The translations under genes and the position numbers were made by a program. A stretch of DNA of 34,272 bases from a bacterium HR33 (GTDB lineage Bacteria; Gemmatimonadota; Gemmatimonadetes; Gemmatimonadales; GWC2-71-9). Shown piece after piece: positions 16,201 through 27,131 of the stretch. How positions within the stretch are numbered: position 1 is the stretch's first letter; every line of letters begins with the position of its first letter. The stretch covers positions 1-34,272 of the forward strand of contig CAMDCH010000003.1 in the NCBI GenBank assembly GCA_945889655.1, given 5' to 3'. Under the pieces are notes generated by a model. It ran no database searches. It saw only the letters and a list, made by a program, of their open reading frames with translations, and was not told the origin of the DNA.

Positions 16201-19200
16201 GGCGCGCATGGACGCGTCGATGTGCAGGACCCGTGAGGCCAGCCGCTCGTAGAGCTGCGCCTCGTCACTCGTGATGCCCAGGTGCCGGAGCATGCTCTGG
16301 GCCTGCGTGAACGCGAGGGCAAACGTCCGGGCCGCGGCACTGGGATTGTGATACTTGTTGGCCAATGCCAGCGCGCCTTCCCGGCTCGTGGCCATGCCGG
16401 TCGCGAACGACATCCGCACGAACCCTCCCGGCCCCAGCCGGATGCGCTGGCGCAGGCTAACAATGGGATCCAGCACGACGCCGGTCGTACCGGAGAGCGG
16501 CCGTCCGTCGAGGGCAACGGGGTTCTCGACCGAGCGGCCGCGGCCCAGGAACCGCCGGCGGTCCGTCTCCCACTCCACTGGCCCCTGCATCCGTCCGTCC
16601 ACGCTGAGGATGTGCACAGCCCACGCGCCGGATTCGTTCGCGGAGCGTGGCCGCCGCGCGCAGAGCAGCGCCGCACTCTCCGGCAGGTATTCCGTCTCTA
16701 CGAAGAGCTTGCTGAAGGCGGGGTGCGCGAGATCGTCGGCCACCGCGGCCAGCGCGATCTCGGCGTAGCTGGTGATCTCCAGCTCGCGCGCCCGGTCTCC
16801 GTGGTTGGTCACCGTGAGGCGACGGACCTCGACATCGTCCTCCGTGGAAACCGCGATGTCCAGCCGGGTCGCGATGTCCTCGTCCCGCCGGCGGAAGACC
16901 GCGCGTTCGGGCTGGAAGGTGACCAGGTACTCCTCCGGCTCCTGGTCGGTCGGATGGTAGGCCGCCGACCAGACAGCCCCGCTCCGGACATCGCGCAGGT
17001 AGATGAACTGGCTGCCCTGGTCCACGGTCGCGTCTTCCCGGTATCGCGTTACCGCGCGGCCGCGACAGAAGCTGGCCCCGCCACCCGCGTTGGTCACGAG
17101 CGCGGTATACGTGCCGTTTGACAGGTACTGGGCGTGCGGGTAGCGCGTGTGAGGTGACCGGAATGGACGGACCGTCGTTCCCGCGACCGCCGCGACCACG
17201 CGGGTCTCTTCCACCATCCGCGGCCGGGTGATGGGCGCGTGGCGGGGGGCGCGCTCCTGGAGGAGCAGCGCAGCCGCCTTGGCGCGCGGGTCCGCGTGCA
17301 GGCGGCGCACCATCGTGTCGTCGAGGAGCGTGTTCGCGAGCGCGACCAGGCTCATTCCCTGGTGATGGGCGAGGAAGGCGCGGATGATCGTGCCCCCAGC
17401 GGGAAGCCGGGGCGCCCCGTCCCCCTCGTCTTCAGTCACCTTCCGGTGGGTGTAGTCCACGGATTCATAGAATCCGTACGCCCCCTCCATTCCCTCGCGC
17501 GCCAGGCGCCGGAAGTTGGCGGCCGCGGCGGCGGGATCTACCATCGCGGCCAGCGCGGTCGCGTACGGTGAAATGACCAGCTCGTCACCCAGTCCCCGCT
17601 TGAGGCCGAGTCCGGGCACGCCAAACGCCTTGTACTGATAGTTGTCGTGGCGGTCCACGACGTTGAAGGCGGCTTCCGACGTGCCCCATGGGACACCGCG
17701 TTGCCTGCCATAGTCGATCTGCCGCCGCACCGCCATCCGGCACGACTGGTCGAGCAGCGTATCCGGGTAGCTCCGCATCACCAGGCTGGGCATGAGGTAC
17801 TCGAACATGCTCCCGCTCCACGAGAGCAGCGTGGGTGCGCCGCCCACGCTCGTCAGCAACCGGCCAAGGTGGAACCAGTGGCTGTCGGGCACGTCGCCCT
17901 TGGCGATCGCGACGAAGCTTGCGAGCCGCGCCTCGGAGGCGAGGAGGTCGTAGTAGGACGGGTCGAGCCGCCCCGGTCCTTCGACATCGGCCAGCCGGTA
18001 CCCGATGGAGAAGATCTTTCGCTCGCGGTGAAGGAGAAAACCGAAGTCCATTCCATTTGCAAAATCCGCGGCCCGCCGCGCGAGCGCGCGGAGGCGGAGG
18101 GCGTCGTCCTGGCCCGCCGCCCGTGCCGCCTGGCGGAGGCCTTCGGCCAGGGCAAGCAGGGCCCCGGCCAGGTTGCCGCTGTCCACGGTGGAGACGTAGC
18201 GCGGCAAGAGCGGGGCGAGGGTGGTCGTGTCGTACCAGTTGAGCAGGTGCCCCTCGTGACGCTCCAGTCGCTCCATGGTGTCGATCGCCCGCTCGAGTCG
18301 CTCGACCAGCTCGGGTGCCGCGATGAAGCCGAGGTCGTTGGCGGCGAGCGTGGACAGCAGGCCCATCCCGATGTTGGTGGGAGATGTCCGGTGCGCGATG
18401 ACCGGGACGGGTGTTTCCTGGAAATTGTCCGGCGGAAGGCCGTGGTCCGCGGCTCCCATGAACGTCGAGAAGTAACCCCATGTCTTCCGCGCGATGCCGA
18501 GCAGCAGCTCGCGATCCTCCGCGTTGAGCACCTGGCGCCGGGGTGGCACCGGCCGGCTCAGCCACCATGCCGCGAAAGGCGCGACGGTCCAGAAGAGCAG
18601 GAGCGAAGCGGCCGCCGGGAGTGCCGATGGCCGCGCAGCCGTCACGAGCGTGAGGATGGAAATCGCGATAATCGGGCTCGGCGCCATCTCGGCCAGGAAC
18701 AGCAGCGCGACTGGCCGCCCCTTCAACCCGGCAGCGCGAGCGGTCGCCGCCGCGGCCGTTTCCCACTCGAGCAGCCGGCGCTGGGTGAACGCGAGCCGCA
18801 CGAGAGTCAGCACGATGGCGTGCACCATCTCGCTGGCGTGGTAGGCCAGGAACGTGAACTGGAGCAGCGTCCGCGCGCTCGCGGTCTTGAGATCATCGAC
18901 CAGGAATCGGAGGTACACGCCCACCGGCTCGTTGGGCGCGGGCCCGATGGCGAACTGCGCGGCGACCGCGAACAACGGAAAGGCGGTGGCGGCCAGAATC
19001 CCCAGCGTCCAGAGGACGGGGTTGCCCGGCAGCGCCAGCCAGGCAAGCAGCAGCGCGCCGAGCGTGGCCGGGGCCACGAGCGTGCGCCGCAGGTTGTCCA
19101 GGATCTTCCAGCGCGCGATGAGCGGGAGGCGGTTGCGCTCCAGGCCTCGGCGGGTGGGAACGAACGGGAACAGCCAGAAGAGAATCTGCCAGTCTCCCCG

Positions 19201-21579
19201 TGCCCACCGGTGTTGCCGGCGCGCGTGCGCGAGGACACTCGCCGGGTAGTCGTCCACGACTTCCACGTCGCTGACGAGTGCGGCCCGTGCATGAAGTCCC
19301 TCGAACAGGTCGTGTGAGAGCAGCGCGTTCTCGGGCACGCGGCCCTCGAGCGCCGCGCTGAACGCGTCCACGTCGTAGAGACCCTTGCCGGTGTAGCTCC
19401 CTTCGGCGAACAGGTCCTGGTAGGTATCCGAGACGGCCGTGGTGTAGGGATCGACGCCCGTGTGCCCCGCGTAGACCCGCGCGAACAGGGATCCGGCCGC
19501 ACTCGCCATCGTCACGCTGACGCGCGGCTGGAGGATGCCGTACCCCTCGGTGACCCGCCCCAGCTCCCGATCGAAATGCGGCCGGTTCAGCGGGTGCGCG
19601 ATGATGCCGATGAGCTTCCGCGCCGCGTGGAGCGGAAGCCGTGTATCGCTGTCCAGCGTGATGCAGTAGCGGACCCCCGACAGCACGCCGGGGTCCCCGA
19701 CATGGAGCGCGTAGCTCGTATCCTTCGCGCCCCGGAGCAGGCGATTGAACTCTTCGAGCTTGCCCCGTTTCCGCTCCCACCCGATCCAGGAGCCTTCGCC
19801 GGGATTCCAGTGCCGGGTGCGGAGGAAGAGGTGGAACCGGTCGCCGCGTCCCTCGCCAAGGCGGGCGTTCAGGTCGTTCACGCCCGCCGTGGCCGCGGCC
19901 ACGATCGCCTTGTCTCCCGGCAGCGTCGCAGTAGCGGCGTCGGCAAAGTCCCCGAGGATCGCGAAATGAACGTGCGGGTCGAGATTGCCCAGCGCGAGCA
20001 CTTCCATGTGCTCCAGCAGGCCCGTCACCGTCGCGACGTCCGTGAGCAGCGTCGGGACTACCACCATGGTCCGGGCATCGGCGGGGACGCCGGACTCGAA
20101 GTCGAGGCGGGGAAGGCGGCGGGGCGGAGCCAGCTGTGCCGCGATGCGCTGGACGACCGAGATGGCGAGCTCGCTCGCGGGGAAGAGCAGCAGGGCTGCC
20201 GTCCACGCAAGGACGACGAGCGGTGCACTCCCCTGGGCTCGCAGATAGAACGCCGCCAGCGCCAGGACCGTCGCGACGATCAGCCCGATGGCACCGAGAT
20301 AGAAGGCGGTGGCGTGGGCAAAGACGAACCGCCGGATGCGAACCCGTGGGCGCGGGTAGTGCGCCACATCCGTCTCCAGGTCACCCCGGCCCCGGCCGAT
20401 GAGGTGGTAGCCGACGTGTGCCGCCCGGCTCTCCGGCGGCGCGGCCGCCCGTGAGCTTTCGACACAACGCAATGCTACGCGCAGCTGGGCCTCTCCCGTT
20501 CCCTCGGCCAGCTCCTCCACCGCCTGGCGATAGCGGTCGCGGCTGAAGAATTCCATCCGGCCATAGACCCCGGCGGGGTCCCGCTGCAGGACCTGCTCGA
20601 CCAGGCTGACGCTCTCGAAGAACTCGCTCCAGTCCAGGGTGGAGCAGAGCCGCAGGCTCGTGATCGCGTTGGCCATGGAGACCTGGCCGGCGGCCTGGCC
20701 CTGGTGCTCCGTCCGGATCGATTCCTCGGGCGTCATGCCCACGGCGGCGAGGCGTTCTTCGATGGCGGCGCGTACCGGCGCGACGAGCGGTCCGTACTCG
20801 CGCATGCGTTGGAGCAGCCGCACCACGTAGCCGGTTTCCAGCACGCGCGGGAGCAACCCGAGGAGCGCCGGGTCGGGCGAGGCGGCGATCTGCGCCAGGT
20901 ACCGGTCGGCGTGGCGGCGCTCTTCGCGACTCTCGATCGCCTCGTCCGCGAGCCGCCGGAGATTCTCGACCAGGGTCAGCTTGACCATCGTCGGCCACGC
21001 CCAGAGCTCACCGATGGTCAGGGGGGCAACGGTCTGGTACGCGGTCAGGAACCGCGTCATCTGGTGCCGGTCCAGCCGTCCATCGGTATGACCGATGAGC
21101 TCGACCGCCATCGCGTAGACCCGCGCGATGCCGGCCATTTCACGGGGCGCCAGCTTGGGAAGGTCCCGGTAGTAGCTCCGCGGGAGATCGTGCTTCGCGG
21201 CCCGGGTCTCGCCCTCGACGAGATGAAAGTTGTCGAGGAGCCATTCCGCGGCCGGGGGCACGAATTCGCCCGCGTGAACGTCGTCCGCAAAAAGGCGATA
21301 GCCGGACCGGAGGACGCGGGCGTTGTCTTCGATGCGGGAGAAGAAGGCGCGCACGTGACGCCGCGGCGTACGGCTGAGCGTGAAGCTCGCCGCCAGCACC
21401 CTGGCGCGCTCCTCCAGGCGCTCGACGCTCAACAGCTCGGCGCGCAGAGGCTTCTCTTGCTGTTTGATGGTCCCTCCGCCCGGCCCAGGACGGCCGGTCA
21501 GCGGGTTGGTTTCAATCAGGCGTGGCTTGAGGGGACAAGTTGCATACCGCTTGCGAGCTGGCATGCGACAGGGGGGCAC
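13261..21579 (-). CDS. ndvB: Cyclic beta-1,2-glucan synthase (Cgs/NdvB/ChvB type; GT84 + cyclisation domain + GH94 phosphorylase)
   Basis: [43 protein letters not shown]; [30 protein letters not shown]; [32 protein letters not shown]. Exact start is uncertain. Confidence 0.95.
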   Translation of the reverse strand: MPPCRMPARKRYATCPLKPRLIETNPLTGRPGPGGGTIKQQEKPLRAELLSVERLEERARVLAASFTLSRTPRRHVRAFFSRIEDNARVLRSGYRLFADDVHAGEFVPPAAEWLLDNFHLVEGETRAAKHDLPRSYYRDLPKLAPREMAGIARVYAMAVELIGHTDGRLDRHQMTRFLTAYQTVAPLTIGELWAWPTMVKLTLVENLRRLADEAIESREERRHADRYLAQIAASPDPALLGLLPRVLETGYVVRLLQRMREYGPLVAPVRAAIEERLAAVGMTPEESIRTEHQGQAAGQVSMANAITSLRLCSTLDWSEFFESVSLVEQVLQRDPAGVYGRMEFFSRDRYRQAVEELAEGTGEAQLRVALRCVESSRAAAPPESRAAHVGYHLIGRGRGDLETDVAHYPRPRVRIRRFVFAHATAFYLGAIGLIVATVLALAAFYLRAQGSAPLVVLAWTAALLLFPASELAISVVQRIAAQLAPPRRLPRLDFESGVPADARTMVVVPTLLTDVATVTGLLEHMEVLALGNLDPHVHFAILGDFADAATATLPGDKAIVAAATAGVNDLNARLGEGRGDRFHLFLRTRHWNPGEGSWIGWERKRGKLEEFNRLLRGAKDTSYALHVGDPGVLSGVRYCITLDSDTRLPLHAARKLIGIIAHPLNRPHFDRELGRVTEGYGILQPRVSVTMASAAGSLFARVYAGHTGVDPYTTAVSDTYQDLFAEGSYTGKGLYDVDAFSAALEGRVPENALLSHDLFEGLHARAALVSDVEVVDDYPASVLAHARRQHRWARGDWQILFWLFPFVPTRRGLERNRLPLIARWKILDNLRRTLVAPATLGALLLAWLALPGNPVLWTLGILAATAFPLFAVAAQFAIGPAPNEPVGVYLRFLVDDLKTASARTLLQFTFLAYHASEMVHAIVLTLVRLAFTQRRLLEWETAAAATARAAGLKGRPVALLFLAEMAPSPIIAISILTLVTAARPSALPAAASLLLFWTVAPFAAWWLSRPVPPRRQVLNAEDRELLLGIARKTWGYFSTFMGAADHGLPPDNFQETPVPVIAHRTSPTNIGMGLLSTLAANDLGFIAAPELVERLERAIDTMERLERHEGHLLNWYDTTTLAPLLPRYVSTVDSGNLAGALLALAEGLRQAARAAGQDDALRLRALARRAADFANGMDFGFLLHRERKIFSIGYRLADVEGPGRLDPSYYDLLASEARLASFVAIAKGDVPDSHWFHLGRLLTSVGGAPTLLSWSGSMFEYLMPSLVMRSYPDTLLDQSCRMAVRRQIDYGRQRGVPWGTSEAAFNVVDRHDNYQYKAFGVPGLGLKRGLGDELVISPYATALAAMVDPAAAAANFRRLAREGMEGAYGFYESVDYTHRKVTEDEGDGAPRLPAGGTIIRAFLAHHQGMSLVALANTLLDDTMVRRLHADPRAKAAALLLQERAPRHAPITRPRMVEETRVVAAVAGTTVRPFRSPHTRYPHAQYLSNGTYTALVTNAGGGASFCRGRAVTRYREDATVDQGSQFIYLRDVRSGAVWSAAYHPTDQEPEEYLVTFQPERAVFRRRDEDIATRLDIAVSTEDDVEVRRLTVTNHGDRARELEITSYAEIALAAVADDLAHPAFSKLFVETEYLPESAALLCARRPRSANESGAWAVHILSVDGRMQGPVEWETDRRRFLGRGRSVENPVALDGRPLSGTTGVVLDPIVSLRQRIRLGPGGFVRMSFATGMATSREGALALANKYHNPSAAARTFALAFTQAQSMLRHLGITSDEAQLYERLASRVLHIDASMRAGPEILERNVLGQPGLWGHGISGDLPILLVRVVDDDNIPLVRQVLQAQEYWRLKGLSADVVILNEHPASYLDEMHVQLTALLDTGPWGAWKHRPGGVFLLRGDRMTEAERTLLASVARAILPGERGGLSSQLDWPYLEPEWRKEQQPPPRPRPLRASEPGDEAAAIPTLAFPNETGGFAADGREYVVVLDGNRETPLPWVNVIANPVVGTVVSASGSAYTWTGNSRENRLTPFANDPVTDSTGEALFLRDEDDGSTWCPTPGPIPRSSDGGRFVTRHGAGVTRFVHLSHGIAQELAVFVDSADPVKFSHLALTNRTGRTRRLSLFAYNEWHMGPPRLGQHLQVVTEQDEATGAILARNPFNESCPGAVAFSHASDTPLSATGDRLAFVGRNGSLARPVALQRPGLSGQFGAGLDPCAALQVSVTLAPGQTHEVVFLLGQGRDRQHTRALIQRHGSVAAAATALASVEAAWTETLDTIQVRTPDDSFDLLLNHWLLYQTLGCRLWARSGFFQPGGAFGFRDQLQDVMALSFARPDLFREHVLRAASRQFVEGDVQHWWHPPGGRGTRTRCSDDLLWLPYAVAHYVETTGDTAILDEVVPFLEGPLLAEHEHETYGDARPSLVSASLFEHCARAIDRGITAGAHGLPLMGSGDWNDGMNRVGREGRGESVWLGWFLHDVLRRFQPLCTGRDTPRAARYANEAGRLAGVLERSWDGDWYRRGYYDDGLPLGSAQNDECKIDSIAQSWAVLSGVAPLARAERAMDAVRSHLVSRGSGVVLVLAPPFDRTAQDPGYIKGYPPGLRENGGQYTHAAVWTVMAVARLGNGDEAVELFHLLNPINHTRTAADVARYQGEPYVMAGDVYAHPSHAGRAGWSWYTGSAGWMYRAGLESILGLRRTGDTFALDPCIPGAWSGYSIKWRFGRTRYEITVINPEHRCRGIASADLDGHAVDAAAIPLVDDGRTHRVLVTIGHMAKVAGPLARR

Positions 21580-21732
21580 CGCGCGAGTAGTCGAAAACTA
21601 CCCCGGTGCAGGGGTCAGCCGAGGACGTGGACGGCCCTAGGTAAAGCCAACAATTGCGGGTGGGACGAGTTGGGGTCGCGAATGGCCGAGCGGGGACACC
21701 GGGCCCCACTCCGGGCATCCTCAGCCCGAATC

Positions 21733-21757
21733 CTCACTTCTCACTTCTCACTTCACT
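21733..21757. repeat. Heptamer tandem (CTCACTT)x3 overlapping the stop codon of paralog 2
   Basis: ctcactt ctcactt ctcactt cact; single arm only. Confidence 0.75.
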
Positions 21758-24105
21758 CTAAACAGATAGCTCAACTTCACGAAGAACCCGTCGCGGACCC
21801 GGTTCACGTCGCTGAAGGCGAACGAGTCGGTCTCGTTCAGCGAGCTCCCGTATCCGAAGAAGACCACGGTGCCGGGGTTCGGGCGGTAGGAGAAGAGCAG
21901 GTCCACGCGCACGTCGTTGGTCTTGCGGGCCGTGGTTACCACGTACCGCGTCCCGCTGCGCGACATGAGCGGGAAGCCGGTGGCGGGATCCTTCAGCGCG
22001 GATAGCTGGTCCACCGTGTACTGCCCCACGAACCGGATGAAGACCGGCCGGGCGAGCTGGTACTCGATCTTGAGCCGCGGAATCTGCTGGAGCGAGAACC
22101 GGGTGCCGTCGGACTCGCGGTTCCGCCGTACGTGGTTATAGCTCGCCGTGATGCGGAGCTGGCCGGTGGGCCGGATGTCCGTGCTGGCGCCCAGGGAGAG
22201 ATACCGCGCGCGATCCGGCTCCGTGAAGTTGAGGTCCCGCCCCGTCTGCACCGACGTGTTGAACGAGCCCCGCTTGAACTCCGGGCTCGAGACCGAGAAC
22301 GTCCCGGTCCAGGCGTTGTTGATCCGCGAAGGCACCAGGTACGGAATCGTGTCCACTACGGTTCCGGTGGTGCGCTGGATGCGGAGGTTGTACGACGCCT
22401 GCGGGAAATCGTAGGTCCGCCAGTTCATGCCCGGAGTCACGGTCCAGCCACCGCGCAGGTTCATCGGGAGTGTGGCGTTGAACCGCGACTCCCCCGGCAG
22501 CTCGGTCGGGTTGAAATCGACGTAGCTCCAGATCCAGTTGGTGCTCCACCGGATGTTGAGCTTCTCCATCACCGCGCCGCGCACGCCCTGGACCAGCGTG
22601 ATCCGCGACAGCGAGCTCACGTCCACCTGGCCAGCCCGCGGGATGAACCCGCTGCCGGAGACGAAATTCGGGTGAATGGCCTTCACGCCGTACCGGCATC
22701 CGAAGATCTTGCCCGTGCAGTCGAACGCGGTCTCGAACAGCGGGACCTTGGTGACGACGCCCGCCGCGGTGCGGTTGAAGCTCCACGCATTCTGTGCGTC
22801 CCAGAAATTGGAACGGTTCCACACGAGGTGGATGTCACCCTCGGCCACGCGGTTCCAGGTGCTGCCGTCCATCTTGTCCGTGTAGGTGATCCCCGAGTAC
22901 GACTGGTTCCCGATGTCCCGGCGCAGGCGGAGCATGTTGTAGATCGGGTTTGAGCCGGTGGTGGACGTGCTCTTGTCGTCGATCGCGGAGATGAAGCCGA
23001 TGTCCGTCCCGGAGAGCTTCCCGGTCGCGCGCGTCGCGACGATCGGGTCGGCGATGCGGCGCGTGTAGACCAGCCGGTTCAGCGTGTTGAATTTCTCGAT
23101 GCCATCGAGGAAGAAGGGCCGCTTCTCGGAGAAGGACACGGCGAACCGCACGTCCTCCGGGATCTGCCCGGCGTCGGCTTCCACCTGGGAGAAGTCCGCA
23201 TTGTAGGTGAAGTCGAGCGCCAGGTTGGTGGTCGCGCCCCAGCGCGCGTTGAACCCGGCTTCCGGTTCTCTCTTGTAGTTCCAGCCCGTCGCGGGCGCCG
23301 CCGGCGGCGTGCCGTTGATCTTCCCGAGCACGAACGGATTCACCTCGAGCACCAGGCCGCGCCTGAGGTCGGTGAGTCCCGCGAGCTTTCCCGACTGCGA
23401 AACCAGCGGTCCCTTGCCGAGGAAGGCCGGCGTCCAGGTCTGCTCGTAGCCGGAGTGCTGGACCAGCCGGACGAAGTTGATGCCCCAGTCCTGGACCTTG
23501 GTGCTCTGATACCGCAGGCTCTTGAAGGGAATCCTGACTTCAACCTCGTACCCCCACTCCGTCACTCGCCCCTTGGACTCGAACACGTAGTCGGTCGTGA
23601 AATCGGCGCGCGCGATCGCGGCGTTGTTGCGGAAGCCGTCGGCCTGCACGCCCAGCGGGTTCACCGCGAACGAGAGCGCGAGCCGCTTGTCGTTGAAGGT
23701 GTCGAGGAGAATCTCCACCCGGTCGTCGGCATCGATCTTGTCGCGGTCGGCAAGGGTCGCATTCACCTTTCCGTGGGGCTCATACGCCCGGATGCCGAAG
23801 TAGATCGCGGTCGGCGCGTACCAGACCAGGACGTCCGTGGAATCCTCGGCCGGTCTCCCGTCCACCGGGGAATACTGCGAGAACCCGGTCAGCAGCGTGG
23901 CCTGGGACCAGACCTCTTCGTCCAGGTGGCCGTCTACCGACACCTTGGCGTCTTCGATTCGCGGCAGATGGGCGTTGGTCTGCCCCGAGAATCCGTGGAA
24001 GACGTTCGGGGCCCTGGTGGCACCGGCAACCGCCACCGGCTGGTTGGTGGTGATTTCCTGGGCCTGGAGGGCTACGGCGAGGGCTAGGGCGAGGGCTGGG
24101 AGCAT
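21748..24105 (-). CDS. Outer-membrane protein: CBM9-like plus DUF5916-type (paralog 2)
   Basis: Start MLPALALALAVALQAQ at 24105; VDGHLDEEVW, LLDTFND, EVRIPFKSLRY, NADFSQVEAD, FSEKRPFFLDG; C-terminal FFVKLSYLF. Confidence 0.85.
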   Translation of the reverse strand: MLPALALALAVALQAQEITTNQPVAVAGATRAPNVFHGFSGQTNAHLPRIEDAKVSVDGHLDEEVWSQATLLTGFSQYSPVDGRPAEDSTDVLVWYAPTAIYFGIRAYEPHGKVNATLADRDKIDADDRVEILLDTFNDKRLALSFAVNPLGVQADGFRNNAAIARADFTTDYVFESKGRVTEWGYEVEVRIPFKSLRYQSTKVQDWGINFVRLVQHSGYEQTWTPAFLGKGPLVSQSGKLAGLTDLRRGLVLEVNPFVLGKINGTPPAAPATGWNYKREPEAGFNARWGATTNLALDFTYNADFSQVEADAGQIPEDVRFAVSFSEKRPFFLDGIEKFNTLNRLVYTRRIADPIVATRATGKLSGTDIGFISAIDDKSTSTTGSNPIYNMLRLRRDIGNQSYSGITYTDKMDGSTWNRVAEGDIHLVWNRSNFWDAQNAWSFNRTAAGVVTKVPLFETAFDCTGKIFGCRYGVKAIHPNFVSGSGFIPRAGQVDVSSLSRITLVQGVRGAVMEKLNIRWSTNWIWSYVDFNPTELPGESRFNATLPMNLRGGWTVTPGMNWRTYDFPQASYNLRIQRTTGTVVDTIPYLVPSRINNAWTGTFSVSSPEFKRGSFNTSVQTGRDLNFTEPDRARYLSLGASTDIRPTGQLRITASYNHVRRNRESDGTRFSLQQIPRLKIEYQLARPVFIRFVGQYTVDQLSALKDPATGFPLMSRSGTRYVVTTARKTNDVRVDLLFSYRPNPGTVVFFGYGSSLNETDSFAFSDVNRVRDGFFVKLSYLFRVK

Positions 24106-24110
24106 GACCA

Positions 24111-24116
24111 AAACTA
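24111..24116 (-). promoter_or_regulatory. -10-like box (TAGTTT) 5 nt upstream of ATG 24105, possibly leaderless
   Basis: Minus strand reads GCCATAGTTTTGGTCATG; no SD. Confidence 0.4.
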
Positions 24117-24140
24117 TGGCTGCGGCGAAGGAGAAAACAG

Positions 24141-24233
24141 AGGGACTGGGCACCAGGGATCAGGGATTAGGGCCAAGCCTCCAGCCCCCGGTCCCTAATC
24201 CCCAATCCCTGATCCCTAGTCCCTAGTCCCTAG
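24141..24233. repeat. Inverted heptamer arrays (AGGGAYY / RRTCCCT), same family as 9656-9720
   Basis: Left agggact gggcacc agggatc agggatt aggg; right ccctaat ccccaat ccctgat ccctagt ccctagt ccctagt, ending at the permease stop. Confidence 0.9.
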
Positions 24234-25448
24234 TTACTCGTATCTCAACGCCGTAATCGGATCCATGATGGCCGCCCGTCGCGCCGGCCAGAGCCCGAAG
24301 ATTACGCCTACGGCTGCGCTGAACCCGAACGCGAGGAAGACGGACGCGGGTGAAATCACCGTGTTCCACTTGGCCAGCTTGGCCAGTGCGAGCGCGCCGC
24401 CGGAGCCCAGCATGATCCCGACGATGCCGCCCAGCATGCACAGGACGACCGCCTCGATCAGGAACTGGAGCAGGATGTTGCCGCGGGTGGCGCCCAGCGC
24501 CTTGCGGGTCCCGATCTCCTTGGTCCGCTCGGTGACCGACACCAGCATGATGTTCATAATGCCGATCCCGCCCACCAGGAGGCTCACCGCGGCAATGCCG
24601 CCGAGGAGGAAAGTGAACGTCTTGGTGGTCTCCGTCAGGGCCGTGAGGAAGTCCTGCCGGTTGCGGATGCTGAAGTCGTTGGCGCCGCCGGGGACGATCC
24701 GGTGCTCGCGGCGGAGGATGCGCTCGATCTCCAGCATCGCCAGCTGGACCGAGTCTGCGTTGCGGACCTGGACCGTCACCGACCCGATGCGGTCCGTGCC
24801 GAAGGCACGATACCGGGCAGTCCAGAGCGGAATAAGGATCCGCTCGTCCTGGTTGCCGCCGAAGCCGCCGGTGCTGCCCTTGGCTGCGAGCACTCCCACG
24901 ATCTCGTAGGCGATGCCGCCGATCTGTACGTCCTGGCCGATCATCGCCGCAGGGTTCGCGTTGAACATCGTGGGGATGCCACCAAAGAGCACCGCCACGC
25001 GCTTCCGCGATTCGTCTTCGCCCACCGTGAACATCCGCCCGGCGTCGATCTTGTAGTTGTTGACCTCGGCGTAGTTCGGAAAGGTCCCGATGATGCTGAT
25101 GTTGCCGTTCTTGTTGGTGTACTTGACCTGCATGTTGCGCTGGAGCTCCGGAACCACGTTCGACAGCGTCCGGGCCTCGTTCTTCAGTGCCAGGGCGTCA
25201 TCCACCTTCATGTTGACCCGCTGCTCGCCCACGCCGCCGAACATCATCTGGCCGGGGAAGACGCTGAGCAGGTTAGTGCCCAGCGACGCGATCTGGTCCG
25301 ACACCTGCTTCTGCGCTCCGGAGCCCAGCGCCACCATGGTGATGACGGCGCTGACGCCGATCACGATGCCGAGCATGGTGAGGATTGACCGGAGCTTGTT
25401 GGCCCGGATGGCGCTCAGCGCCACGGAGAGGATTTCGCCGAATAGCAT
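24234..25448 (-). CDS. MacB/YknZ/FtsX-type ABC transporter permease
   Basis: NKLRSILTMLGIVIGV, GGIGIMNIMLVSVTERTKEIG.RKALGA, PARRAA..DPITALRYE. Confidence 0.95.
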   Translation of the reverse strand: MLFGEILSVALSAIRANKLRSILTMLGIVIGVSAVITMVALGSGAQKQVSDQIASLGTNLLSVFPGQMMFGGVGEQRVNMKVDDALALKNEARTLSNVVPELQRNMQVKYTNKNGNISIIGTFPNYAEVNNYKIDAGRMFTVGEDESRKRVAVLFGGIPTMFNANPAAMIGQDVQIGGIAYEIVGVLAAKGSTGGFGGNQDERILIPLWTARYRAFGTDRIGSVTVQVRNADSVQLAMLEIERILRREHRIVPGGANDFSIRNRQDFLTALTETTKTFTFLLGGIAAVSLLVGGIGIMNIMLVSVTERTKEIGTRKALGATRGNILLQFLIEAVVLCMLGGIVGIMLGSGGALALAKLAKWNTVISPASVFLAFGFSAAVGVIFGLWPARRAAIMDPITALRYE

Positions 25449-27131
25449 TTAGCGTCCCCGCCCGCCGCCGGCGCCACCACCCATGCCGGGCACGGCCGTC
25501 ATCCGGTTCTGCATCTGCTGCTGTTGCTGTTGCGCCTGGATCAGCGACGCGCTCGGCAGGACCATGATGCTGTCCTTTTCCGTCAGGCCACTCACGATCT
25601 CGGAGTAATCGAGGTCGGTGAGGCCGGTGCGCACGTTGGTCGCGTGGGGCTGGCCGTTCCGGTTCACGAAGACGATGTAGTTGCCGCCGAACGCGAGACC
25701 CGCCTGGTTCTGGCGCGCCTGCGCACGCGCGAGCCGGCCGGTGCGATCCTGGCCGTCACCGCCTTGGCCACCACCGCCCTGGAATCCGCCACCCGGGGCG
25801 CCGCCGCCGAACCCGGCATTACCGCCGGCACCGGCGCCGCCGGCGAATTGCCGGTTGCCGCCACCGCCGGGCGCGCCACGGCCGGGACCACCACCCATGC
25901 CTTCGCCGCCGGCCTGCCGGTAGCGCTGCATGAGCTGCCGGTCTTCTTCACTCAGCGACATGAAGAACGAACGGTCTCCGCCCTGCATCTTGGCCATGAA
26001 GCCCTCGATCTTCTTCGCGTCCGCGGCCGAGAAGCCCGCGGGAGCCGCAACCTTGCGACCGTCCGCCAGCGCGATCATCACGCCACCCTTGGCTGCCGCC
26101 GTGTCGGTCTTTGCGGCACCGCCCATCGATGCCCGGCCACCAGCCGAGTCGGGCGTCGCGGACGTTGCCGCCGCGAGCTGCTTCTGGACGTCTTCCATGG
26201 TCAGGCCGAGCACGCCCGCCGCCGACGCCACGTCACGCTGCGTGCGCAGGGCCGAGTTCTGGAGGGCCAGCACGGCTCGGCGCTCGCCCACGGTGATCGC
26301 GATCTCCGCGTTCATGCCGGGGCGAAGCAGGTGATCCGGGTTGGGGAGGCGCACCATCACCGGGAACATCGTGACCTGCTGCTGCACGATGGACTGCGGC
26401 TCGATCTTGAGCACACGGCCCGTGAACGGCCGGTTGGGATACGCGTCCACCGTGATCGTCACCGCCATGTCGGCGGAGAGCTTGCCGATATCGGTTTCGT
26501 CCACCAGCGCGCGGATCTGCACGGAATCCAGGTTGGCCATCTTCATCAGGACCTGGCCGCCAGAGACGCCGCCGGTGGCCGACTGGATCACCGCGCCCAG
26601 CCCGACGGGACGGGTTAGCACGATGCCGTCCTTGGGCGCCCGCACGTCGGTGTCGGCGAACGAGATGCGCGCGTTCTCCAGGTCCGTCTGCGCCCGGACC
26701 ACCGAGGCCTTGGTGTTAGCCGCCTGGAGCCTGGCGTTGTCGTACTCCGTGTCCGTGATCGACTTGCTGACATGGAGATCCTCGGCCCGCTTGAGCTGCG
26801 ACAGGGCGTTGGCCTGCTGGGCCTGGGCAACCTCGAGGTTGGCCTTGGCCTGTTCCAGGGCGTTCCGCGGCGTGCGCGGGTCCACCTGGAGCAGCAGTTG
26901 GCCCTTCTTCACTTCCTGGCCCGTCTGCACGTGGAGCGCGATGATCTCGCCCGACGCCTTGGACTTGATCTCGACCGAGTCCACCGGCTGCACGGTGCCG
27001 GTGGCGTTGACTGAGACGATGATGTCACGCCGCAGGACGGGGATGGTCTCGAAGACCGGGGCGGCCACCTTGTCCCTGTTGCATCCGGCGAGGGTGGCGG
27101 TCGCGACGAACAACCCGAGTAAACGCTTCAT
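25449..27131 (-). CDS. MacA-like periplasmic adaptor (lipoprotein) with long Gly-rich insertion
   Basis: Lipobox LAGC; [11 protein letters not shown], lipoyl-like half-motifs, [30 protein letters not shown]. Confidence 0.92.
   Translation of the reverse strand: MKRLLGLFVATATLAGCNRDKVAAPVFETIPVLRRDIIVSVNATGTVQPVDSVEIKSKASGEIIALHVQTGQEVKKGQLLLQVDPRTPRNALEQAKANLEVAQAQQANALSQLKRAEDLHVSKSITDTEYDNARLQAANTKASVVRAQTDLENARISFADTDVRAPKDGIVLTRPVGLGAVIQSATGGVSGGQVLMKMANLDSVQIRALVDETDIGKLSADMAVTITVDAYPNRPFTGRVLKIEPQSIVQQQVTMFPVMVRLPNPDHLLRPGMNAEIAITVGERRAVLALQNSALRTQRDVASAAGVLGLTMEDVQKQLAAATSATPDSAGGRASMGGAAKTDTAAAKGGVMIALADGRKVAAPAGFSAADAKKIEGFMAKMQGGDRSFFMSLSEEDRQLMQRYRQAGGEGMGGGPGRGAPGGGGNRQFAGGAGAGGNAGFGGGAPGGGFQGGGGQGGDGQDRTGRLARAQARQNQAGLAFGGNYIVFVNRNGQPHATNVRTGLTDLDYSEIVSGLTEKDSIMVLPSASLIQAQQQQQQMQNRMTAVPGMGGGAGGGRGR

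Noticed and set aside
21535-21550. Sigma-54-like CGGTATGCAACTTGT upstream of cgs
   Set aside because: The -12 position is GT rather than the near-invariant GC, and the -24 element is imperfect.
13240-21665. GGGTGGG on both sides of cgs as a target-site duplication
   Set aside because: Too short and low-complexity for GC-rich DNA; no mobility gene or terminal repeats.
21686-21730. Two adjacent GC hairpins downstream of paralog 2 as a tRNA or ncRNA
   Set aside because: No cloverleaf, T-loop or recognisable family motif, and no U-tract; left unassigned.
12460-23550. Identical peptide YEVEVRIPFKSLRYQSTKVQDWGIN in both DUF5916 paralogs as recent gene conversion
   Set aside because: The DNA differs at many synonymous positions, which fits purifying selection on an old duplication.
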